Assembly: GCA_002633005.1 (NCBI GenBank)
Contig: NMRA01000572.1
Span: 70,981 to 110,293 of the forward strand
Source of the DNA: Phoronis australis
Taxonomy: Eukaryota > Animalia > Phoronida
Direction of reading: 5' to 3'
Length of the DNA stretch: 39,313 bases
Both the position numbers and the translations under genes were made by a program. The notes beneath the pieces are model-generated. The model saw only the letters and a program-made list of their open reading frames with translations. It had not been told where the DNA came from and did no database searches. Positions 12,905-22,949 of this stretch are shown here, piece after piece (position 1 is the stretch's first letter; each line of letters starts with the position of its first letter).

Positions 12905-12947
12905 CGTTTTCAAAGTGAACCTTTCGTTTTCTTATAGTCGAGTTCAT
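12905..12947 (-). CDS. Candidate distal first coding exon of the TM-protein gene
   Basis: aaaATG start, MNSTIRKRKVHFEN + G, consensus donor G|gtgagt; phase 1 joins exon 940-1080 in frame (GGG, Gly). Confidence 0.62.
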
Positions 12948-12985
12948 TTTCAAATGAGACCCCTCTAGCACTACAGGCTGCTCTG

Positions 12986-12991
12986 AACTGA
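12986..12991 (-). promoter_or_regulatory. Possible Initiator (TCAGTT) for the distal first exon
   Basis: TCAKTY match ~40 bp upstream of the ATG at 12947; a short motif that could occur by chance. Confidence 0.25.
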
Positions 12992-13945
12992 AGCAGACAG
13001 CACGCACTGTCCAGAGTCTTGAAATAACTGCAGCGCTCTTCTATCTTCTATCGAACTATTTCGTCAAATGCTTTTGCCGATAGGTGTCGGACTGTGTTTG
13101 CTCAAAGCTGAGCTCAAAGATAGTCACCAGGCGAGACCGGCTCATCTTACAAAGTAAATCACTTATTATCAAACGAATATCTTTACTTCGTATTTCAATA
13201 TTCAACTTGAAACTTAGCAGCTAGTTATAAATGAACGCCTGTCCTTCAGATATTGATACTCTAAGTCGTGGCTATAGGTCACAGCTAAAGGACTATTTTT
13301 CATATCTCGACTCAAAATTGCATAAAAATTCCAATCTTTTTGAAACCTTATACTCCATTGTCTCTGCTCCATTAAAATTTTCACACAAGTAGAAGTTTCT
13401 AAACTGACATCAGTTTAAACAATAAAATACACACAATAGCTTCTGAACTTGGCGAAGAGAAATTATAGATTTCCGGTTATGATTACTCCGCCGGGTACTT
13501 GTTCAAAGATTGTTATAGTTAATTGATGGACAGTTTTGTTTATTGGTTAATTCAATTAATCAAAGGTCTGAGAAAAAGAATTGTTTTACTAGCGTATTGA
13601 TATAATTCAATATTTCGCTGTCTCAATAGGAGTCTATCATGAGTATCAGTTAAGGACTATATTCTGACCCAAGGATTTTTGACATATAACTGCTGACCTT
13701 CCGTGTAAATAGACGGTGCATTTCGGTTGACGTTTGGTTGTCCTGAAGGGATAGAATGAGAAATTATTCAGCCAAAGTTTTTGAGATGTGGAGATGAAAT
13801 GGGTTGTTGCACGGGGAGATGTTTCCTGATTACCGTATGCTTTCTTCTGTTGGTAAGTTTCATCGAAATTTGTAGTTAATTCTGTTATAATCATATTAAA
13901 AATATATAAATCTAGTGAGTCGCAGGCGTTCTTACTCAGACAATG

Positions 13946-14590
13946 TAGACCACCCCATCGTCTCTTCTGGCACAGCCAGTAGAGACGGTGGAGCTTCTTT
14001 TGGAGCTTCATACGCCGGTGGATTTTCGGCGAATCATGCCTCACACTGACTAAAACATCAAAGTCACGTTGTTATAAATACATTTTGCGCATAGAGGGAC
14101 ACCGGCTTTGGAGGCGGTCGATGTATAATTCTAACTCATTATAGTAGGCCTACTCCCGTTATCAAACTTTGTCTTCGAGCAGTCCTTCATTAAGTTCCCA
14201 AAATCGGTAATTCGCCATTTTTACAGTGCGCACACCAGGGGACATGACGTCATACCACCTGTGGCGTGCACGGTTAAAAATGGCAAATTACCAATTTTGG
14301 GAACTCAACGAGGAATGGACTTGAAGAGAAAAGTTTGATAGCGGGAGTATTTCGTCGAGTTGGAAGGAATGGAATACATCGACGGCCTCCTAAGGTGTCC
14401 CTCTATTCCTTACTAGTAGACAGTGACCACTGTCTCTAGCTGGCACAGTAGAGATGGTGTAGCTCCTATAGGTACTTCATATGCCGGAAGCTTTTTGGTG
14501 AATTTTACCTCCCACTTTTTGAAAAATCTAAGTCACGTTGTTATAAGTACCTTTTAGGCATAGAGGGTCACCATAGGAGTTCATTGATGT
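13946..14590. repeat. Diverged ~180-bp direct repeat pair (13946-14125, 14417-14590)
   Basis: Shared CTGGCACAG..AGTAGAGA(C/T)GGTG..CTTCATA(C/T)GCCGG..AAGTCACGTTGTTATAA..GCATAGAGGG(A/T)CACC; period ~470. Confidence 0.75.
14091..14406. mobile_element. 316-bp fold-back (palindromic) MITE-like element
   Basis: Perfect 13-bp ends ATAGAGGGACACC / GGTGTCCCTCTAT; arms pair over most of their length; the axis falls inside ATGACGTCAT (14244-14253). Confidence 0.75.
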
Positions 14591-15826
14591 CTTTAATTCT
14601 TTCCAACTCGAACAAATATTCCAGGCCCGTAGCCAGCATTGCGCGGGGTGTGGTTCGAATTTCTAGAAAGGTGGACCTTTTGTAAATGTCGACACTTGAG
14701 TTTTTGGTGAGGCGCTTGACGCAGTTTAATTATGGGGAAGGGAAATCTGTATCCATGGCAACAATGGCTCTCAGCTCTATGTTCCTGAGATAAGATGGAA
14801 TTTGTAATACCAGAAATGAGGATGTCGCGACAGTTGCTCGCAAACAACAGGAACCAAGTTCGGATGTATTGATCCATAAATACAGCCTAATGTTCTCGTG
14901 TTACCTCCTGCTAAACTTTCAAATCGGGCTTTTTTAAATGAATGATTACACCTCATTACATACTCGGACAGAAATATTTAGTCGGAGAATGACTGACGTA
15001 ATTTTTCCTCTGATAGTATTTTTGTTAAAAGTTCCTTACATCTCTGGAATTGGAAACAGCCCACTATTCCGAAGGTTAACTATTCCAAAGGTTCACTACT
15101 CCGAAAATGTCTAAAATTTTTAATTCAGGTGTAAGTATTGTACTTTTATATGCACTATACCGACAACAATACACATGAAGATCTGTTGCGGTTTGGTCGA
15201 GCTTCTCTCACCGGGTGCCATTTTGAGGAAGTTAGGTGAAATCACATCTGTTGATGAACAAAAGTCCAAGGGACACAAATCTTACAATTACTGCCTGATA
15301 TCTTCCTATGCTATTTTGCAAGTGACACAGGCCAGGTCACACGCTTCCCTCAGTCTCGTGCTTGTCTTTGCCTAACTCACCTGACTCGATTGAAATAGTT
15401 TGTGGTTATTGTGCACCCGGTGAGAAAGTTAACAGCCACCAAGAAAGTAGAGTTAGAATTCTTGACAAAAGTCATCTTAATTCTTGTAGACATGCTTTCG
15501 CTGAAGAAAGCAAGCACTTCATAATTTTAAGTGTAAAGTGTATTTTTGACAATGTGGAAACCTCTTAGTCGGTGAGCAAATTTCACTTACCACCTGTTTA
15601 AAATACACGGGACGAAATTAGTTCAGAATGCGATGGGAAGTATTGTAGCCCCTATTTAGCCAACCAAGGGGCTACGTGTTGCCTAATCTCCTAAGTGAAT
15701 GGGAATTGCCACTTTGTCACGGAAGGTCATGACATTGACATCTCCACTCTTAGTCGCCAGGAGAAAAATCGCGACTACATCCGTAAGCAAACCCCCATTG
15801 CCGGTGTGAGTTGCGATGACAATGTA

Positions 15827-18264
15827 CTCTTGAGTTCCGAATAGTCATATCAAAACGATCAACTTTTTCAGACTCGTTTTCCGGTCTATATGACGCTTAT
15901 TCGGGTCTCTACATTTATTAATTTTCTAACTTTTTTCCGCTCTCCACGATTATTTGTTTCAGCAAGTTCTCAATTTTTGTTTCATTCTTTACAAATTTGT
16001 TACTCCAAAACTTAGCTATAGACACCGGGTATCGTACCTTGGCCGTAAGACGTGGTTATTTCGCTCTTAATTCGCTCTAAACCTCTAGACCACGAGACAC
16101 TCGGTTCAGATTTCGTAATTTAGAAGAGCTATATACTACTCCGCGTTACACACGGAAGTCACATGTCATACACATTAAAAGATTTTATTCGCTAAAATAT
16201 ACAACTGTACGTTTCAAAGCGTAAAATAATCGGACTCCCAAGCAACGGTTTACGTAGCGGCCTTCTGTTGGACGGCCAGAATGTTATTTTGGACGGTTTC
16301 GACAGGATCGGTCAGAATTAAGAAAGTGTTGGCAAAATTTAAAAAGCTTGAAATGATTACCACTTCTCTTAATATTTTGCTGGTCGGCAGTCGCTCAAAG
16401 AAATAGGCCATCAGTAATTTCAGAAATGATGAATTTATTGCACAAAAAGTGCATTTTTCAATATTCCGCGTGCCCCGTGACACAGACCGGTGTTACCGGC
16501 AGCTCAACGTACATATGAATAAAAACGCTTTCGACGAGCTTTTGTTGGGTGATCCAATATTTATGATTGCACCCTGTGAAAAACTGGCAAGCCGTACCAA
16601 GTCTTCACTGTGTCTGTCCCCGAAGTTTGGGTTTCTGGGGGAGTAATTCCGGGATTTTGCACAGCCAGTGTCATCTGCGGTTTTCGTCATTATTGACATG
16701 CGCATTTTACATGCTTAATCATGCCTTCTGCCGCGCAAAGGCCTAAAGAATTTGAGGATTATTTTACAAACCGAGAGACGTTCCAGATACAGACATTGAT
16801 TCAGATACTGGTACGACAAATAATCCAGCTACAGTTACGGACCGTGGTGATAACGCGGCAGGTCGACGAAGCTCAAATACCCGTGCAGTTAATGAACGGT
16901 GCCGAACCTTTCAATCAACCTAGGAACCAGGTTCCTAAACAAAGTACCAACAAGTTGCCGACAACACTGGGACATCGGCATTTTTACAATTCGCTCCAAA
17001 CTTGAGAATAGATTGTTTTTATGAACAGGAAGAATGGACCTGTGACAGTCTTGAAAATGACATAGTTGCTAACGTTTGACAATCCAGTTGATATCTATTG
17101 AAATTCATTTCTACTTGCTCTCCGGTCCAAATAAATGGAAAAGCGCACGTGAATCGGTTTGTTTATTATACCTAATTAGATATTCAAGATGGTGGACGTA
17201 GTTGTGGTCGTGGACTCGAATGTTTTGCAATTCTGCAAGAAATCTCAATTTCTGGCCGTGTAAAATTTTGGATGTACCGACTTTTTGACATCGAATTCTG
17301 ACGAACATTCCGAGGGTATTGACTATGAACGTTGTGCAAGACATGAGATTGAGAGAAACAAAGGCTCGACTATCAGGAATATGTATGATAAAAATGTGAC
17401 TCGTTTTTACCAAGACACTTTATTGTCTTTATTCAGTCTGTCGGCTTCAAGGAAGGCTGGACGTTGCTGCTGAAATCTTTACCTCCTTGTTATAATTTTT
17501 GGACTTAGTCGACATTGGCATCTCTAGTATGAATGTCACATTCTTTTTTGAGTAAAATGATGACGCATACTGTTTGAAATACATCTATATAGACTTCCAT
17601 TTAAAGTTATTGAATAAACAAATGGTCTTTTGTTTTAGCAATGACACTTTATTCCACTTCACTGTACTATGTTATGGCATGTGTGGACACACCACTGCAA
17701 TAACTTAACTATGCTAATGTTCAATTTAAAAGTTTTTCTTTGAAGCAATTACTTATAGCGGTGGTAAGTCAGACAGAATATGCTTCTTTGCATTATTATT
17801 CCAATCCCATCTACATCATTATTAGATTTTGCACTTCCTATTATTTCCATCTACCGTTACTAGATTTTACGATAATTTGTAATCAATGTTATTATTCCAG
17901 TCTATATTATTTTTAATTTTCCACAAATTTCCCGTCTATACCATTATTCCTTAGAATTAGCTGTTTTGCATTATTATTCTCTTCTATATCATTATTAGAT
18001 TTTACATAAATTTGTAACCAATATTATTATTCCAGTCTATACTACGTTTAAATTTCCAAAAATTTGCCGTCTATATCATTATTCCATTCTAAACTATGAT
18101 TAATTTTTTTTTGACAATTTCCGGTCTATACTATTATTCTACTTTTCTAGTGGCAAAAATGTTGGGTCTATACTATTATTAGAGTCTCTACTATTATTAA
18201 AAATCATGAAATTTTCCAGTCTATACTATTATTGCTGTCTCTACTACTATTCGGAACTCCAGAG
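15827..18264. mobile_element. 2.4-kb TIR DNA transposon derivative with TA TSD (Tc1/mariner-like)
   Basis: TA|CTCTTGAGTTCCGAATAGT ... ACTATTCGGAACTCCAGAG|TA; dense subterminal array of GTCTATACTATTATT-like units at ~17790-18250; no intact transposase. Confidence 0.75.
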
Positions 18265-18980
18265 TACAAAAGTTAGCTAATTAGCACTGTCGATGATAAT
18301 AGATATATAAAAACAAATACGGATTGCATGGTTTCAGTCAGATTACACGCTTCGATTCCACGTTTTCAAATTTCCCGCACTTAGCCAGACCGTTTCGTAA
18401 CCTTCCGTGATGAACAGGCAATTGTCGATATCCATCCATTACTCATCAGGTAATTCGGCATGGTACTTGGCTTTGAACCAACTCACGTGAATGACTTAGG
18501 AGATGTGACACGTCAGCCTGTTAGAAAGATTTTTGTGCTTTGGCTGCGAATTTGTTGCGAACTCGCTGGAGCAAGACCCTGTAAATGCAATCAGAAGAGA
18601 GAACAGTTGTTCATGATTTGTTGAACCCAATTTATGTAAATTTCTTGACATTTGTGTTTGATATGGACGACTGAAGTGAAGCACCAATAATAATAATAAA
18701 CTTTATTTATAGAGAATAAAATACAATATTATTTAAAGGAGAAGGCAACCTTTTTTCATGTCACTTTCAGTAAAAATATGGTTCATTGATTATCCCAGAC
18801 AAATTTTTCAGTTAATAAAGACTTCCCGTAATTTTATTAATTATTTCTGCCTTTACTCCGGAAGGGATGTTTAGGGGGTTAAGAATTTCCCGTCATTTTG
18901 TTTTCATATAGTATGACTGTGTGACCTGTCCGGTGTGATAAATTCGGTTGTTGTTTGCGTTTGTTTACGAGTCAGTCAAC

Positions 18981-19747
18981 ATGCCGCACGGTTGCTGCGT
19001 ACCGGGGTGTACTCATTACCGCCTCGAGCACTTTGGGTATGCCATTACACCGCTTTCCGAAAGATGGCACGCTTCACCGTACTTGGCTCGTTTGTGTGCA
19101 GAACGCAGCGCCACCGTCCACGCAACCTAGAAAGCACTGGAGAATTTTCATATATGTGGCAACTGGCAAGCATTTTCTGCCGTTGGATTACGAAAGAGAT
19201 ATTGTACGCAGAATTGATGAATGTTCCTGCAAAACGACGCCTGAAGAAGGGTGCCATACTGTAGCTGTTGATTCCCGGTAGTGCCCCGTCGCTACGTCCG
19301 AGAAGTGCATTTTTGAAACGAGTAGCCTCACGAGCTATGGCCTTTGACTGCAGGCTACTGTGACCCATGCCTCCGAATGTACCCCAGAGCGTGCACTTTG
19401 GGGAACTAGCTGTGCTTCACCCTGTGCTGGGCTTGTTTCCAGCCCACAGCTTGTAAGCAGCTCTGCAGCGATGTTGAGTAGTGGCAAATTGGACAGCTGA
19501 GGGCCCCCATGGAAGGGAGTGTAAACTGATGGGGCTACCCTCATTTTAAATATTACATTAATGAATAAATAAATAAAAAAGGGCAGGATAGTCCGTCGTC
19601 TAATGATCAGGTTGGTAAGACAAAATTTGATAAGTTTACTCTGGACTTGACTAAGGTGTTGGAGCTAATTAGAAGGTGCCATGTGTGTGGCGAGGGAGTC
19701 ACATGGCTGGACGTAAGCAGTTTGGATGTTCAGGTCACCACCAGTGG
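18981..19747 (+). pseudogene. Frameshifted 5' part of Kolobok transposase (THAP domain plus start of the second zinc finger)
   Basis: MPHGCCVPGC / PLHRFPKD...RTWL / KHFLPLDYERD / RRLKKGAIL split over frames, then DKFTLDLTKVLELIRRCHVCG; truncated by the deletion. Confidence 0.85.
19505..19580 (+). mobile_element. Extreme 3' tail of a CR1/L2-group LINE inserted in Kolobok A
   Basis: Absent from the aligned position in copy B; shares ACCCTCATTTTAAATAT with 12377-12393; CCCCAT..ATGGGG stem; (AATA)n tail; GGGC on both flanks. Confidence 0.7.
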
Positions 19748-19915
19748 AAACAGCATAGGCATTCCATTGAGGCATAACAGTGCACACCTTGCACACCTTG
19801 CACTTGCACCAAGACGTCCCACCACATCTGCCCTCAGTCGCTGCCTCTTCATCCCTCTCAAAAGCAGTCTGTATCCTACCTCACTATACTCGGGCTCAAA
19901 CACATATCCACCTAC
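19748..19915 (-). pseudogene. KolX 5' remnant (copy A)
   Basis: GGYVFEPEYSE, then frameshifted EGRCGGTSWCKCKVC..VMP..MECLCC. Confidence 0.8.
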
Positions 19916-21928
19916 TGCTAATACAAGCTAAAAGATTTCTTAATCCAGCGTAATTGAGTTATCTAACAACCTAGCTTGTCGTAGAATACTCGTCGTTGGG
20001 AAGTGGTGACAACAATTTTAGGAAACCAACACAAAAACAACAGTAAAACAGATCCTTGCAGTTAACTAGAACGCACAAGGAAACAAAATAGCGGGAAATT
20101 CTTAACCCACTAAATGTCACTTGTGATCCGAAGTAGTGCCTGACTAATTAATAAAATTACAGGGAGCTTTAATTAACTGAAGCATGTCTGGGATAATCAG
20201 TGAACCATATTTTTATTAGCAATGACATGAAAAAGGTTGCCTACACCTTTAAAACATGCTGTATATTAGTCGAAGGATGATATACAACATGGTCTTACAG
20301 CAATAAAATAAGTTAAGTTAAATTAAATTTGAAATTAGTTAAAAATGAACGCAAACTCCCTCTATTTGTTCACGCTGTTCGAACTTTTGAAACTCGAATG
20401 ATTGAAAAAATTCGTGTCAAAAAAACTTCCACGAGGTATTGTGTGCTCAGGCCGAATGATGTATTAATGTGCAAGAGTGGTGCAGTGCAAACTTCACATG
20501 GAAAAAATCATGTGTGTAATGTGGGTTACATACTGGTATTTAGTAACAGTGTTTTTGCATGAAATAATAAGCACCGAGGTACTTGGACTGTGTGGAATTC
20601 CATTATTATGTGAGTGGAGTTTGCTGCTTTGCACTGATTATGTGCCCTAAAATGGAAAAAATAGGTCAGTCAAATTGGACAGAGCAGCTGTTATTTTGGC
20701 TTGAGATGTGAACAAGGCCAAATTGTGTACACCAGCTGAGAGAGAATTAGAAAAATGTAAAAATAACAATTTTGTCTATTTTGGTTGAATTTGAGGAAAG
20801 TTTACCATAATTACACTGTAGTTCAGCTGAGAATACAATATATCTAACGTAGACCAACAGCAACTGCTTTTCAATGTAAAACATGTACTTCTCACAATTT
20901 TTGAGGCTGCCATTATGTGAAGCATTCACATTTCATTCTCAAACTAGTAGTGTCTGATGATAGCTATGGTACAGAAATCAAAAATAGATCACCGCTAATT
21001 TGGAGGCAACAAATTTTCTATGAAAATAATCAGAAAATAAAGTTACGCCATATTGTGTCCTTAAATGGTGACATTTTACGGTACCATTTTAGGTTCTCAA
21101 AATTTATCCTTATTTCAATGTTCCCAGCTGTGACAATTCTGAAGTGTTTTTGCGTTAATATGAACTACAGAGAGGAGAACCAGCTCCTGGTTCCTGATTT
21201 AGACTCAAAATGAGCATGGTCATTTGACCTTGTGACCCTTGATAACTGTTCAACTGTTTCCTTGGGTAGAAAGAAATGCAGGTATGAGTGAAACAATAAT
21301 GGTAATCAATAGGGTAAAGCCACAAGCATCTGTTTATCAAGGGCATCTTATGTAATCTGTGTTAAATGATTCAAAGCTATGAATCAACATCATCATGGCT
21401 GCTTTTTTTGAATGAGCATTAGAACTCTTCACATAAGTTAGGTTGTCTGTCTTGTCAGCAGTTTTCATCTAAGATAAAATGTAGCCAATCAAGTATACAT
21501 TATGATGGACAAGAAAAGCTTTCTTTCATTTCCCATATAAGATATGCAGAGGCTCCAAGTCCAACCATTTTGATTTAGAGAGAATTTAGAAAACCCTCTC
21601 AATTTTCTCTCCACCGGTTAAAAACTCCAATTTTGCATTGGTTTTCGCAAATGTTAGCTGGATTTTGGTTTGTCTTATGTCACACTCTAAATTGAACATA
21701 TTTTTTTAGTCTAAAGACTTTGAAAATTTTCTGGAAACCTCAGAAAGGCTTAAAATGCATCTCAGAGCATCTTTTTCAAAAAAGTTCTGGGTGGTTCATA
21801 CCCCTTGAACTAGATTCGCTTTGTGCCTTCGATATTTGCAGTCTTGCCTTTAGCTCTCAGTTTTGCTCTCTACCTTGCGATCTCCCTTTCACAATTACTT
21901 GTTGAAGCTTTTTGATATGAAGCATCAA

Positions 21929-22296
21929 CAGGGGTTATACGGTACAGGATTCCAATATTGGGAGTCCAAATTTTCCAAAAAGAATTGACCTAGTGTGTCT
22001 TGTTCCGCCAGCTCTGGCAGTCCATCGGTACCGCTGCGGCCAAGGTGCCATGTAGTGGTGTATTCAATTATCTAATAGCATAGTACAGTGAAGTGAAAAT
22101 AAAAGTGTCGTTGACAAAACTTAAACCATTTGTTTATTCACTGGCAAAGTGGCTGCCACATTGTCATTTTTTTGCTTAAAAGCAATTTTTTAAATTTGCC
22201 CGTCTTTTTATTCTGGCCATCTCGTCAAACCCATATGAAACAAAATTCTGGCTGCCAAAAGACGGCCAAGACGCCCACTGTATAAACAAACCCCTG
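21929..22296. mobile_element. hAT-type MITE
   Basis: CAGGGGTT...AACCCCTG termini; 8-bp TSD AGCATCAA (21921-21928) / AGCACCAA (22297-22304) with one mismatch. Confidence 0.75.
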
Positions 22297-22949
22297 AGCA
22301 CCAAACAAAAATTTTACACCATAGCTACCAGTCAACAATATTTTGGAAATTGTGAATATTCACGACACTTCTTCCAAGTTTGTTTTGAAAAGGAATATCA
22401 GTTTTTACATATGAACGTAGGAGCAACATTTGTCGGTTTTCGCAAATGAACATTTCATGTTCAAGATCACCAATCAAGTTATCTTTGACTTCTTTTGTTT
22501 TAATTTTTTGCTCATTTCGAATAATTTAGTTAATAACACTCTGGATATACTTGAGTGGGTATACTGCCTACTACTGGGATGTTAATTTACTTATAGTCTT
22601 TCTGTCAGATATATCTTTCAACTGATAATTGTCATGGTGTGACTACCATGTATAGCTTATCATGTCTGACCTTCAAAAATGAGGAATGATTATCATAGAA
22701 CCAGTTTTTAGGGCAAGTATTATTTGCTATCGCTGTTGAAGCCTCATGGCTTGATAAAAATGCAATTTGCAAACAGGTCTATTCTGATGGATTCAATTAC
22801 TTACAGTTCTTATCTATCCATGATTAATAGGAACCTTCCGCATTGATTGCTCTCCTATGTCGTGAGGTACAAAATAGCGGCGCATCTCTAGATGCAGCAG
22901 GCAGCTCAGCAGATTCGCTTTCGCTCATATGGAGATTCACATGTTAGCA

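Larger units (their letters stand above)
18737..20248 (+). mobile_element. Kolobok DNA transposon, internally deleted (copy A)
   Basis: TTAA|AGGAGAAGGCAACC ... GGTTGCCTACACCT|TTAA; ~160-bp imperfect TIRs; THAP-transposase remnant on + and KolX remnant on -; homologous to 26908-28610 in inverted orientation. Confidence 0.9.

Noticed and set aside
13646-14044. 132-aa minus-strand ORF
   Set aside because: No recognisable domain, a non-ATG start and overlap with repeat sequence.
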